Positions 10,591 to 22,485 of a stretch of DNA of 64,000 nucleotides are shown here, one piece after another. The notes beneath the pieces are model-generated. The model was not told the DNA's origin. It searched no databases and saw nothing but the letters and a program-made list of their open reading frames with translations. This DNA is from Eutreptiella sp. 'Long Island Sound 2002' (lineage: Eukaryota; Protista; Euglenida): NCBI GenBank assembly GCA_964036045.1, contig OZ038379.1:3410001-3474000 (forward strand), in the 5' to 3' direction. Positions within the stretch are counted from its first letter, which is position 1. The number at the start of each line of letters is the position of its first letter. The position numbers were made by a program, and so were the translations under genes.

Positions 10591-13500
10591 TCACACTGAC
10601 ATTTTGACCGTTACCAAATACTCAGGGTACACCTGAGTTCTGTCGTACACAATGTACTCACGGTGAAACTGCCGCCCGTCGTTGGCCACCCCACTGTTGG
10701 CCACGACGCTGTCAAAAAGCAGACCACCAGTACCAGGCATGACCGGTGGACGCCGCCACGACACGAGCCTTTGCTCTGTGTAATGGACTGCACCCAAAGT
10801 CACGCGGCACACGAAAAAGTAAGAAAGGCCGTCCGAGTCCCGGTCGCAGTACTGCAAGGACTTACACGCCTGGTGCGCAAAATAAATCCCACTCCCATAT
10901 AATCCGTTGAGTTTGGCCACCCTTTCGTCAAATCCAAACTCCTTGATCCGCTTGGCATTCTCTGCGCTTGTGCCATGAAACAGGAAGAGCTCGTTGAGAC
11001 CCGCGTCCAGCTCCGGTGACAACGACGTCTGAGGCTCCACATGCGGCTGCAGGGGCTCGATGGTACTGTGGTACTGCGCATGCAACTCGCGAATGGCAAT
11101 CCTCCGGTAATAATACGGTGACCACAGTGCGCTGTTTTGGAGTTGTGCAACGTGCTTCACTTGAAGCGTGGAAACGCGTGACCCGCCGCGGCAATCCGGG
11201 TGTGAAGACCTCTGCATAATGCCGCGGATCAGGTCCCCGAGCTCCGCAGTCACGTCCACCTCCCTGCGATCGCCAATCCAATTTCGGGGTCTCTGGGTGC
11301 CGATGCTGCGGTCGGTCATGCGGAGCTCTACCAGAGCCTGAGGCAGCACTTGTTGGGCACAGAGAATGTCGTAGCGGCCGGTCTCCACATTGACGTAACT
11401 GTCAGCTTCCGGGTCGAGGTGACCGGCAGACAATGACTGCTTCCCGATGCCGACAAGGCACACAAGCACCCAGCAACTGCCGTCCGTCGCGGCCGGTGGC
11501 ATCCACTCCGGATCCAGCTGCTCGTACAGGCCAAGCTTCTTCGTGTCCGCCGGCCAGCGTTCGGACGAGCAGAAGGCAACGCCGTGTTGCCGGATCCGGA
11601 ACCCGTGCTGCAGCACCGCCCGCATGTCGGCAAGGCTGTCCGCGGCCCAGTAGAGCGTCACGGGGACGTCCCAATGTCGCAGCTGTTTGCAGCGTTCCCA
11701 GAACTGGACTTCCAAAAGCTTGTTGTTGACTTTCTGCACCGAGTGCAACACGATGTTGTGCCGGACTGCGGTCTTCAAAAGGAGCTGCTCCTGCTGGTGC
11801 CATTCAGGGGTGTCTCGCGCTACATCATACACCACAGGCGGCTTCTGCTCCGCGCTTTGCTGCCGGGCCTGCTCCAGGCTCCGCTCCAGGCTCTCTGCGA
11901 TCCGCTGCCTTCGCTCATCATCGCACTCTGGGCAGGGCCGCCAAGGGGCCACGTGGCGGGTGTGACAGGCTGCAACCACCACATGCTGACATCGTGCGCG
12001 CTGCAACACCACCGGGGCCTCACAGGGCCCAGGAGGTTCTCCGCATCGGACGCTCTGGTCGTGCCCGCAATCCAAGCGCACGTTGACCTTAGTTGTGCAG
12101 CGGCACTCGCACCCACAGATCTGCTCACAGACGTGCCCGCAGCCCAGACGCAAGTCGCACGGGTGCGTACATTCCTCGTGCCCTCCCCCATGGCACGTTC
12201 TGGGGCATAAATGGTCGGCCGAGTGCTCGCTGGTGCAGTTCCGGTACGGCTGTCTGCAAGGCTCCCGGCAGAACTCCTTGATGAGGCCTCCCACGCCCCT
12301 CCCAACGTCCCGCGGCATCTTCACTTCCCCTCGGGATGCAGAGTGCCGAGGGCAAACCAGAGGCAGTGCAGACCCGACCCTGGGGCTGCCCTCTGGGCCG
12401 TGTCCCGCCAGCAATTGCAGTGTCTGCCGCCAGTGTGCGCAGTGCTCGTGGTCCAATAGCCCCGCGGACCCCAACATAAACAGCGCGTGGCGCGCACGGC
12501 TCAGCGCGACCACCATCCGGTTCTCCCGCAGCAGAAACGACGTGCGCCGCATCGTGCGCGCCAGCGACAGCACGACGACATCCGCCTCGTCCCCCTGGAA
12601 CCGGTCCACGGTGTGGATGGTGATGTCGCGGAGCGCGGGGACGCCCTGAAACGCTGCCCTTAGGGCCTGCATCTGCCCTTTGTACGGCGTGAGGACGACG
12701 ATCTGCTCGGGTGCAAGCTCGGCAAAGCCAACGAGGTACAGCACCAGCTCGGCGGCCAGCCACACCTCCATGGGGTTCATGATGCTGCGCCCCACGGCGC
12801 TGGGTCTCTCAGGGGCCGCGTGGGTCCAGAAGAAAACGCTGGGGCCGACCCCTGTGCTCAGGCGAGGGCGGCAGTGGACGCTGCGATGATTTTGCAGTTG
12901 CCCGGCGTACACGGGCTGCACCAGCGCACTGATCTCGGGGGCCATGCGGCGCTGGTGCTGCAGCATGACCACCGGATGCCCGAGGCTGAGCAGTCGCTCA
13001 AAGAGGGAGACGTTTAGGCGGTGATCCCGAGCGAAGGCCGGGACCTCGCACGAGGGCTGCAGCTGCTTGTGATCCCCGATCAGAATCACCTGCTGCAAGG
13101 AATCGGCCAGGCAGGCCACAACTTGCGACTCCAGGATCTCCGCCGCCTCCTCCACCAGCAACACCGATGGGTTGATGGCCCGGATGAGTTCCTGGTGCAT
13201 GGCACAGCCCGTCGTCGTCATGCCAATGATTGTGGCTGACTGCAGTGCATCCATCTTGGCTTGGTTGAGGTACTCTTCAAATTGCTGCTGCTGCTGCAGG
13301 TACTTCTCCAAGAGCTCTGACAGCTGTCCCATAGCCTCCTCGTGGGCTAAAGCCACCATCCGTTTTGCCAGAGGCTGGCGCATGTGGCGCGGGACGTGAA
13401 AGATATCGTCGTAGGCACTCAGTTCCTGCACGATGCCAGCGACCCTTTCCGCAGCATCAGCCGAACCCCTGCCTGAGTTGCTTGCACCAGAGCCCCTTCT

Positions 13501-16500
13501 GAGTCTGACCCAGGGCAGGGCGTCTTCCAACACGCGCTCACCCGCGTCGTTGCCGATCATTTGACCCCCCTGATCTGTTCGCATGACATTGAAGTTTGTG
13601 TGATCATCGTCGCTGTCTTCCCCTTTGTCATCCTCTTCGTCATCGCCCACGTCCATCGCCTGAACCAGATCCCCCACACCGGCGCGACTGGCACCAGGGC
13701 GGCGCTTCTGCACCAACTTCATGAACTCTTCCCCCATCGGGTCATGCACCAGCACGTCTTCTTTGAGCCAGTTTTTGATGTTCAGCTGGATCAAGCCACC
13801 AGGGGGCAGCTGCTGCTTTTGCGTCTCACTCAAAAATCGCTCCAGAACAGTACCAGTCAGCCCCTTCTCCTGCAACTTGGCCAATGATCCTGCAACTTCC
13901 TGCAGCTGCTTCGCAATGAGTGTCAGGTCATCTTGGAATCGACGCCACTGCTGCACGTCTGAGCGCATGCGCATCACGGCGCGCAGGTTGTGCGGCTCCA
14001 GCTCCTTGCATTGACTGCGTCTGCCCAAACGGATCAGTTGCCCCTGAGCGCCCTCCAAGTTCATGAACTTCTTGCAGTCTACCAGCATCTCGTCGAGCGC
14101 GTGATTCTTGAACGTCACCACCAAAATGGGTCCCAAGTCGTTTTGCCGCTGCTGACTGCTGTGCGATGTCACCGACCTTAGGACTTGACGTGCTTCCAAC
14201 AATCGGGACTTCTGCTGCCGCAAATCATCACGTTCAATAAAATGCTCACGGAGCGAGCGGTTGATGCTCCGCAGCTCCGCGGAGTCGCAGCAGTAGGGGT
14301 CGCCATCCCCATCACTGTCCGTCTCAATACCATTCTTCCGGTCGTGCAAGCTCCGGATCCTGGCCAACACCTGCTCAAGCTTTCCCGAGACCGTTTAGAG
14401 CTGGCGATCCATATCGGCGGTCTTCGCTGCCGTCGGCCCTGCTTCAACAATCGCCTGCCGCGTTCCAGCTATGACCTCCAGCATTCGGGCGCCCACGAAG
14501 CTCTTGCCCGTGCCCGGGGGGCCCTGCACAAGCACCAGCGACCGCTGTAGCAACTCCACTGCGTCCTGCTGGCTCGGATCGAGATCGTACGTTGAGCAAA
14601 CAGACTGCAGTCTGCGTGCAAACCCTTCAGGATCCCGCAGCGTGTATGCGGGGGCAGCCGGCGAGGTCTGGCCCGGGGTGCTCAGAAGTTCCTTAGCAAA
14701 GGGCAGGGACCGTGGCTCTGGGGCAGTGCTGTGGAAGGCAGCCACAGCCCTAAGGACGGGCTGATATCCAATGAAGAATATTCGGGACTCCACAAGAAAT
14801 GTCGGTTTGTTTTCAAGCAGATTGCGCCGCACTTTGGTGTACATGGCGTCGGGATCTCCAGCCAGCAGCTTGAGCCCAACGTAGCCTCTGCTTCGCAGCG
14901 CATGCCGGTTGTCAACGATACACAGCCAAAAAAGGTCGGCATTGCTGTCCGTCGCAGTGCACAAGCAGACCAGGTTCCCAAACTGCAGAGCTGTCCTGGG
15001 GATGGGGTCTGGAATGTGTGCAATGTACAGCAACCCGGACTGATACGGGCTGCTGGAGACAGCAGCGATGCGGATGCGAGAGTGAAGCACACTACCCCAC
15101 TGCAGGTCGGACTCTGTTAATGGACAGTGGGGCTGCCGGGTGCCAATGTTCAATTTGTGGCGGAAACTCCAAAAAAAATGGTAGTAACAATCGGCTCTGA
15201 GTAGGTGATACATAGCCGAGATGTATTGGTCCACGGTATCAAAAGTGCGATCCATGATTGGGATGGAGGCACACTGAAAGGCAAACGGATCGGTCAGCTC
15301 CTCATGTTGCAAAAACAATGCAGCAGGCGGTGCTTGCAGACTGTCATCCCTCGAATCAGTGCCGCGATTCTCCGGCAACTCTCCACTTTGAATGGCTTTC
15401 AAGATAGTGATCACCGGTGCTACGGCAGGGCTATCGTTCTGTTGAGAGACCAGGCGCTCCAACCACATTGTGATGGTGGTGATGGAATCCACTGTGCAAG
15501 TGCTGACCCCAAGGGCAAGGACCTTGACACAGAGTGTCGCCACATGGTTCAAAAAATCCACCGCGACGACGCCCTTGCGTGCCATTGCTGCAAGGAAATG
15601 GGGCAGTCTGTCACGCAAGAAGCGCGTTTCCTGAAACATGGCAAAGAACTCCTGCTGGGCTTGCTTCATCTGAATCTGTGTGCTGGCCAAGAGGGCGACC
15701 AGCAGGAGGATTCTTTGCACTTGGGTGTCAGTGATGGCCTCCGAGTTGAGAATTGCTCCACATCGTTGCGCATTCGCAGGTTCCACTAAGCGGAGCAACA
15801 GCTGATGCACAGGAGCCCCAGTCGGCATCTCAGCTAAAAACGCCTCGATGTCTGCTGCGTCAACTTCTGTCCGGACGAGCCGTACGTTGATGGCCCGACA
15901 GTCCCCTGGAACACCTCGAATCACATCATAATGCACGACATCCTGCAGCTTGGAAGCCAGGCCTTGTGAAGAATTGGCCGTGGCACGTGGGTCAAAGAAG
16001 ATCCCACGATTTGCTTTCAAATCCAACGTTGGGAACTCTTTGATGAGCCTTTCGCTGGCGGCAGAGTCCGGCTTAATAAAACCATAGTTCTTCTCTTGTC
16101 GCATGACTGTGCCCTTCAGCCCTGCAATCATGACGTCCGCTTGGGGCACATGGCCCGAGGCAGCGCCATCTCCATCGGCATCACTTCCAGAGCTGATGCG
16201 GTGTACTCGTACAGCTTCATAGCCTCTTGTGTGATTCTGTTGACGTACACCGAAGGCCACTGTATCCCAGACGCTGAGGCTCGTGCGTCCCGCACGATGA
16301 AAAAGGCCTCGCCCCTTCTCCAAAGAGAACCCAGCGATTTGTGCTTTAAGCCGCATGAGACACTCGTCGTCAGGACGGATGAATACGGCGGTACCTGAAA
16401 TGTGAATCACTTTCCCGCGGTACTCCTCAGCAGCCTCTTGTGCCCCTAAGGGACTAGATGCCAGGGCCGGAGATTCAGGTCCAAAGACTTTTGAAAAGCT

Positions 16501-16602
16501 TTCAGATGGTCCAGTACTCAAACATGGTGATGAGAACGACAGGAAGGAGCCTGCACAATCCTTCGTGTAATGGCCATTTTCACCGCATTTCCGGCACTTC
16601 AT
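10591..16602 (-). CDS. ZNFX1: ZNFX1-like SF1 RNA helicase fused to tandem PARP domains (~2003 aa read-through frame, one in-frame TAA at 14395-14397)
   Basis: The 735-aa and 1259-aa ORFs are in the same frame, separated by TAA plus 8 sense codons. Motifs in order: CX2CX4HX4C; two CSD-like OB folds (GTV..KNYGFIKP..IFF); YISAMYHLLRADC; QGPPGTGKS; ILVVTFKNHALDEML; IIGMTTTG; VEEAAEILE; LIGDHKQLQP; SLFERL; QRRM; TVDRFQGDE; VALSRAR; Cys/His-rich NFX1-type fingers; then a pseudo-PARP and a PARP (LFHGT, GIYFA, HREYIVY, VYPEYL). No introns are needed. Confidence 0.93.
10594..11170 (-). other. C-terminal PARP catalytic domain with intact H-Y-E triad
   Basis: His at 10975-10977 (FLFHGT), Tyr at 10882-10884 (YGSGIYFA), Glu at 10657-10659 (HREYIVY). 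The layout resembles tankyrase/PARP12-type domains. Confidence 0.9.
11310..11830 (-). other. Degenerate (pseudo-catalytic) PARP-like domain
   Basis: Co-linear with the downstream PARP: SVQKVNN.LL..F, LYWAA for LFHGT, GVAFC for GIYFA, VLVCLVGIG for FVCRVTLG, DSYV, RYDIL...QVLPQALV for EYIVY...QVYPEYLV. Confidence 0.65.
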
Positions 16603-16620
16603 TGTGGTACAGAGTCTAGT

Positions 16621-16645
16621 GAGAAAAATTAGACACTCAGAAAGT
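16621..16645 (-). other. Genomic relic of the euglenid spliced leader, ending 18 nt upstream of the ZNFX1-PARP ATG
   Basis: Minus strand reads ACTTTCTGAGTGTCTAATTTTTCTC. The Euglena gracilis SL exon as recalled is ACTTTCTGAGTGTCTATTTTTTTTCG: 16/16 identical at the 5' end, followed by a T-rich tail. Confidence 0.85.
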
Positions 16646-16766
16646 GATGTGGACGCATGAGAATTCTATTGATGATGATGATGATGATGATGGTCGCCAG
16701 CTCCACTGATGACCTGAGGAAGTCTGCAGACAACGGATAGAGGAGCAGGTGCACCAGGTTTGGTTA

Positions 16767-16874
16767 CCCCCCCCCCCTCCCTTGCGCAAGCACGCTGAAA
16801 GTCAGGAAAACAACGGTCAGACAGGGTCCCCGTGTTTGGACAAAGCCCGCACTTGCGCAAGGGGGGGGGGGGGG
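16767..16874. mobile_element. 108-bp TA-flanked MITE with poly-C/poly-G TIRs
   Basis: TA|ccccccccccctcccttgcgcaag ... cttgcgcaagggggggggggggg|TA. Confidence 0.75.
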
Positions 16875-18422
16875 TACTTGCATTCCTAAAGGTTTCTGCC
16901 GAGTGCACCCTGATCAACATCAAGCCCACCTGCATTTGTTGGTACAGAGTTTAGCTTGGGGGCTTTCTTCGTTGCCCTGGCTCGCGCTTCCTGGGGGTTG
17001 CTGCACTGCGCGCACGGCGTGTGCCCATCACGGCAACTGTTAGGAGCAAAACACCTGTGAAGTAAGAAGAGTCTCCTTCCTTGGGTGGGCCTTCCTTGGG
17101 TGGGCCTCCCAGATGCAACCTGCGCTGTCGCCCCTCTTCTTCCTCCTACACCTCGTACTACTTGCTCGCTCGCTCGCTCGCTCACTGGTGCACTTGCTCA
17201 CTCCCTCATTCACCCGCGCACTCACTCAATCACTCAGTCACTCACTCACTCACCAGCCCCAGCCTCAGCGGATAGCTCAATTCCATCAAATGCATCGGCA
17301 GCGTCCCTTGGGGGCGGGGGGGGGGGCTTGAAATACACGTCCAGGCAGTGCGCAACAGTGTGCGTACCACTGGAGTGTGCACGGACCACTGCCGTCTTGT
17401 GCCGCCGCACTGAGCAGCGCTGCATGCACCACCGGAGTGTGCAGCAATGTACGTACCACCACCATGTTCCACGGTGTGCAGCAACACCTGTACCGCCTCA
17501 CTGTGCCCTTGTGGCAGTGTGCAACACTGCGAGTACCACACTGACCTGCAATGGTGCACGTACCACTGCCGTGTGCAGGCCTTTTGCGTGTCCCATCGAT
17601 CTTGGAGTGCCATGTGTCTGTGTGGGGCTCTCTGCCGTGAGCCGTGTTGTGTTCAAGCCCATGGCTAGAATGCGGGGCTGCAGTGCAAATACCGTGTCGA
17701 GGTTGTGGGTTTGAGGCTGGTCCTGTGCACAGGCTTCGTTCGCGATGGTGACTCCGCCGGGCGTGGCCTGATTTCTGCAAAAGGACTCCGCATTCACTGG
17801 TCAGCAATCCACTCATATCTTGACTGCCACTGTACTGATCCAACTCACATCCGGGCTGCCCTGCCTCCACCCGAGGCGCTACATTTTGTGTGGAGACAAT
17901 ATCAATATCAATATTTAATTGACGCCTGTACCCCTACCTGAATTCCTCCCTCCGCATTGTTCCCCACACCGTGGAGCTAACTCCAAGTGAACCCTCCCAG
18001 TGGGTCTTTAGGTACGCAGGTACCCAAGACCAGCGGCATTGTAACAATATGGGGGCTATTGAGTTGGGGCAAGGCTCAGTGTGGCCAATTTGATCGATGT
18101 TGTTTGGGACCTGGCCGAAACTTGGACAGAGGAGGGTGATGAGACTGCTGGTTGTTGAGGAATATTGGTAGCAGTATCTACCTTGAAACGATCTTGTTTT
18201 TGCTGCCTGCGTGCTACTTACTGCATCCGGCCCAAGTTGCAAAATGCGGGCATTCCTTCGGCTTAACCCAAGACGAACTGAGGTCAGACCGGGGTATGGG
18301 AAGCAATGAGGGAATGAAGGGACTTAAAACTGCAAATGGGGGAGGCACATAGGCCTCAAAATGATCCCCGTGCCACGGTGATCATTGATCATTGATCATT
18401 TTGAAGAGGGGTGGGGGGGCAT

Positions 18423-18601
18423 GGATGTTGCGAGGGAGGTGGTTTGGGACCCAAATTTTGTGTACCAAAAACTAGCCCAACCAGATTTTCCCAATGGTAA
18501 ATTTCTTTTTCCCCACTGTGGTCACCTTGGTCGGTGGGGGGGGGGGGGGGGGGGGAGGGGCTCCTCCTATGGTTGTGAGCCGCTCTAATTTAATACATCC
18601 T
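18423..18601. mobile_element. Possible degenerate MITE
   Basis: Ends ggatgt... / ...tacatcc with an internal poly-G tract. The termini are imperfect. Confidence 0.35.
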
Positions 18602-21600
18602 CGGGGGAGGGGGGCTGGGACCCTCCCCCTTCCCCTCACTGGTGCTAAATTGTGGGAGGGAGCATTCGCGTTGTGCACCCACCACTCAGGGTAGTTGAAC
18701 AATTACCCCAGCAAAAGGGTCCACATGGGAAGGTCCTATACAGGCTGTGGGGTGTAGCTTGGTGGCTGGCTATTACTTCCTAGATGCTTCCTACTACTTA
18801 AGGGATGGTTCATAGTGATACTTGGAGCCTTTTAGATGCTTTAGGATTTTCCCCGGTGCCTGCTGCATGCACACCTGGCAGTTCCCGGATCTTTGCTAGT
18901 AATTGGTGGTGTCCGGCATTTCCTTGTTGTGTCTAGTTGTTTGCTGGTAATTCTTTGTGCTGACTGGGTGTCTGTTGGAAATTGCTGGTGGATGTTTGTG
19001 CTAGTGCCTGTGGATGATGAACAACTTGGCCATTGACTTCATACTTGATCACCATGAACTGCCCACATTCAGACGCGGCATGAACAGTGGCTGCAACTTG
19101 GGCACCAATAGAACATGTGTACGGGACAGTCACACCACTAGGAAGCCATGAAAGAGACATTGCTGTGCACGACAAAAAACAAAAGGTTGTGGACACAGAA
19201 TTTGAGGCCTTTTGCCCTACCAATTGCATGCAATACCGTCTAAACTAATGGAACTGCTTCATGCAACAACCGCGTATACGCACCGTCCATGCACCGTTTC
19301 TGGTACTCCCTCTTACGCGGAACTCTGGGCCTGGAGGGTAAGAGCGAAAGAAGCCTAGCTAAGGGATGTGTAGGTGGAACCATTGGTAGACTGATCATGA
19401 TGCTCTCACCACAAGGATGCCTGAGCACAGAAAAGGGCAGGTTGAAGGTCAGGCAAGTGGTCCCAAAAGGTGATGCAATCTGTCCTACTGCGCTGCTTAG
19501 GGAAAACAACACTCGAACGGGGATCCCATGCTTAGCCATCATCTAACAATGGTCGTAAGCCTCGTGATCACGTACATCCACCCTCAAACACATTCCAGCA
19601 CTGTCTCTTAGGAATTGTACGAGTGGCACCCTTGGACCCCAACATGAGTTCCAGCTGTGTGTTGGACCCCATAAAAACCCCGTAAAGTGGCCTGGAGGTG
19701 ACGTGGACACAAAAATTCTGAAACAATGACAATGCTATTTTTGGAGCGAGCAGCTGTTTGGGTGGGTGGTTCACCGGTGTTTAACCACCAATAGTTGCCT
19801 TGGCGCGGACGCGGTACATGCGCGATGCAACAACACCCACAACGTAGCTTCCGGAAATTCGACTCACTGAGTATATTTTTCTAGTTTCTTGGGATGGTTC
19901 ACATCGGTGCAAAATCAGACTCCCAAATTGGAACTCTGTCAAAAGATGTGGTGCCACTGAACCTCCTCACTCTGAATGGAACCCATAGAAGCCCAGAAAA
20001 CCTTAGTTGCAAGCACAACACCCGTCTTCCTGGATTTTTTTATGGTTGGCAATAATTTGCAAAGGTAGTTTTCGTTCTTTCTTAGAGGCCTCTTGATGGT
20101 TGTACTCATTAGCATGAGGCTCTTGGATGGCCGTGGTTATCTCCTTGAGATTTCTGGATGGTTGTTGTCATTTCTTGAAGCCTGTTGCTGTTATTTCCGG
20201 GAGACTTCTGGATGGTTGGTGGATGCTCAAGAAAATGCCGTCCAGCTTGGAGCGGCCCACAACCACTGCAGGAACACTCTCCAATGTTCTTGAACGATGA
20301 CAGGTGACGTTGGGGCCAGAGACGACCCAAGGCAACCAAAGACAAAAACATGTCATTTCAGAGCTGTCATACAATAATAATAATAACCTCGGGTGAAAGA
20401 ACACGTGTGTTTCCAGGGACAGTGGGGGTGTACTTACGCCGTTGCTGGTGTACTTGGGCTGGCCCACTGGCGCGCCGTGTGACGTGGTTGTCCCAGGTAC
20501 CGCCGGATGATAGCGTACTGTCATTTACCGTGGGGTCACACTTCCCAATGTGCTATGGTCTTTCCGCTCCCACTTGCCTCTGTTTGCCCCCAACAATGGC
20601 GCTGCGCGTGCCCACCATCTGTGTGAAGTCCTCCCTCATCATCTACGAGCCCGGGGCCGCGTAGGCCCACACCCAAACCGAGAACGCACAACACCCCCCC
20701 CCCCCCCCCGTAATTGCATTGGAGACCCACAAATGTGACCGCACGGCTCCCGCGCGCACCACAACGGCGGGGGGCATGCGATGCACACACAACTGCCGAC
20801 CTCCAACTGCATTCTGTGGATGCATGCGGTTCATTCGGTGCTGCAGTCCCAGGGGTTTGAGGGCAGTGCGGACAAAGTCACCACCGACCTCTCAAACCAC
20901 AGCCTCGCAGGCTCACCCATGCATGCACCCCAGACCAGGCATCGGACCCCCACGCCGCAGGTGCGGAGCTGTTCCATCCCCAAAAACGCTGCCCCTCGGA
21001 GGCTCAAGACCCCCTGCGGAACGCCATGAGACGGTCCCCAGCGCCGTGACAACTGAGGGGCGCATCAAGGGCTCCGCAACGCGGCAGGCAATGCACGGCA
21101 ATGTGAGGCCCCACACGCGGCAGCTCATCAGCAACCCCATCTGCCGGGGGGCTGCACAATGCATTGCACGGGCGCGGGATTCCAATGAAGGGGGATTCCG
21201 ATGAGGTGAAGGGGGATGAAGACTGAAGGGCCCTCCTCCGGACGATGCCCTGCTCCATGGCAGTATGTAAGAGCCAAACGGCACGCGTCCCGCAGGGGGC
21301 CTCAGAGCAACGAGCACATTGGTCCCCCTCTCCCGCACTGGGGCCAGGCGCTCTGAACTATATAGTTTGTGGAGGCGGGGCTCGGGTGCAAGCGATATAT
21401 AGATGTATATAGCCATCGGCGTTGCCCCGAACCATCGCGCCCACTCTCCACAAAAGCAGATCACAGGCTCAAAGCTGTGACCCTCATCCCGTCGGGTAGG
21501 GCTATGCCCAAAGCGATGTCATACTCCGCCTCAATCGGCGCCGCGCTACTGTGCCTTCGTGCGCTGCATCATCTCAACAAAGTGGAGAGGACTGTGCGCA

Positions 21601-22485
21601 CAAAAAGCAACACCCGATCAGAACAAAATGCTTCGCAGGATCATCCGCGCAAAGACAACAACAACAACAAACGTCTGCTGAGGCACGTACCCGTATTCCA
21701 AACTGGGGACGTACGCGGCCGCGCCCTCAGCTCAGCGGACCATTCTCTTCGTTCACTTTGGACGTGCATTCGGGGCGCCGAATCCTCTTCGCCGCCGTCT
21801 GCGCAGACCCGTGCCTTCACAAAACGCATGTCGACGGCGTTGCGTCGCGTCGGGCTCGGCAATGCCAGCCCGCGGTCCAACGCAATCGGCCCGTCTTGCG
21901 CACTTCCCGTGAAACGCACCGCAGCTCATCTCCATTGAGCCAGTGGACTGGCAGCGGACCAACACTTGCGAAGTCCGAAACGGCCGGGCAATGATTGGGA
22001 CGGGGGCTGGGGGGGCGGTGTCAGGCATTTCCCAGTGCACAATGGCCTCGGGCTCGGCGCTGATCCCACACAAATGCCACGGCCACAACGACGGTGGCCT
22101 GTGACTGTACTCGAGGCAGAAGACGACCAGAAGAAGCCGCTGGTGGAGCACGAGGCTCCGCACCCCCGTACAACATTCATGTCAGGAATGGAGGCATTCA
22201 ACAGTCGTCTGGACCGGCAGAACGGCGTGAAGCGCCGTGGGTCGAGTCAATACGACCCAATACGACTCTCAGGCCATCGCATCGCTTGGTGCGCCATTCG
22301 TCACGGTTTGCCGCACAGCCCCGGCCGCGCTGTGGCCCCCCGGGTCGTCAAGGCGGCCTCGTCGGACATGATCTACTGCGGCGTCCGCCTCATCCGGGGC
22401 CACGAGCGTCCGTCGTCTCACCATCGCTTTGTGTGTCGTGGGCGGAGGCGGTATGATCACCGCAGCGGGACTCCTCCGCCGGCCA

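Noticed and set aside
14395-14397. Alternative genetic code (TAA reassigned) as the explanation for the internal stop
   Set aside because: Only one TAA in about 2000 codons; a reassigned code would be expected to produce several in-frame stops.
16810-16860. KCGLCPNTGTLSDRC, resembling a degenerate CCHC knuckle upstream of ZNFX1
   Set aside because: It lies inside the 108-bp MITE, starts within its TIR, and lacks the His; best treated as coincidence.
22260-22400. GHRIAWCAIRHGLP, resembling the HNH_3 endonuclease start (HRLAW...HG..P)
   Set aside because: The downstream H/D..N..N..N catalytic residues are missing, and the region is GC-rich with open frames on both strands.
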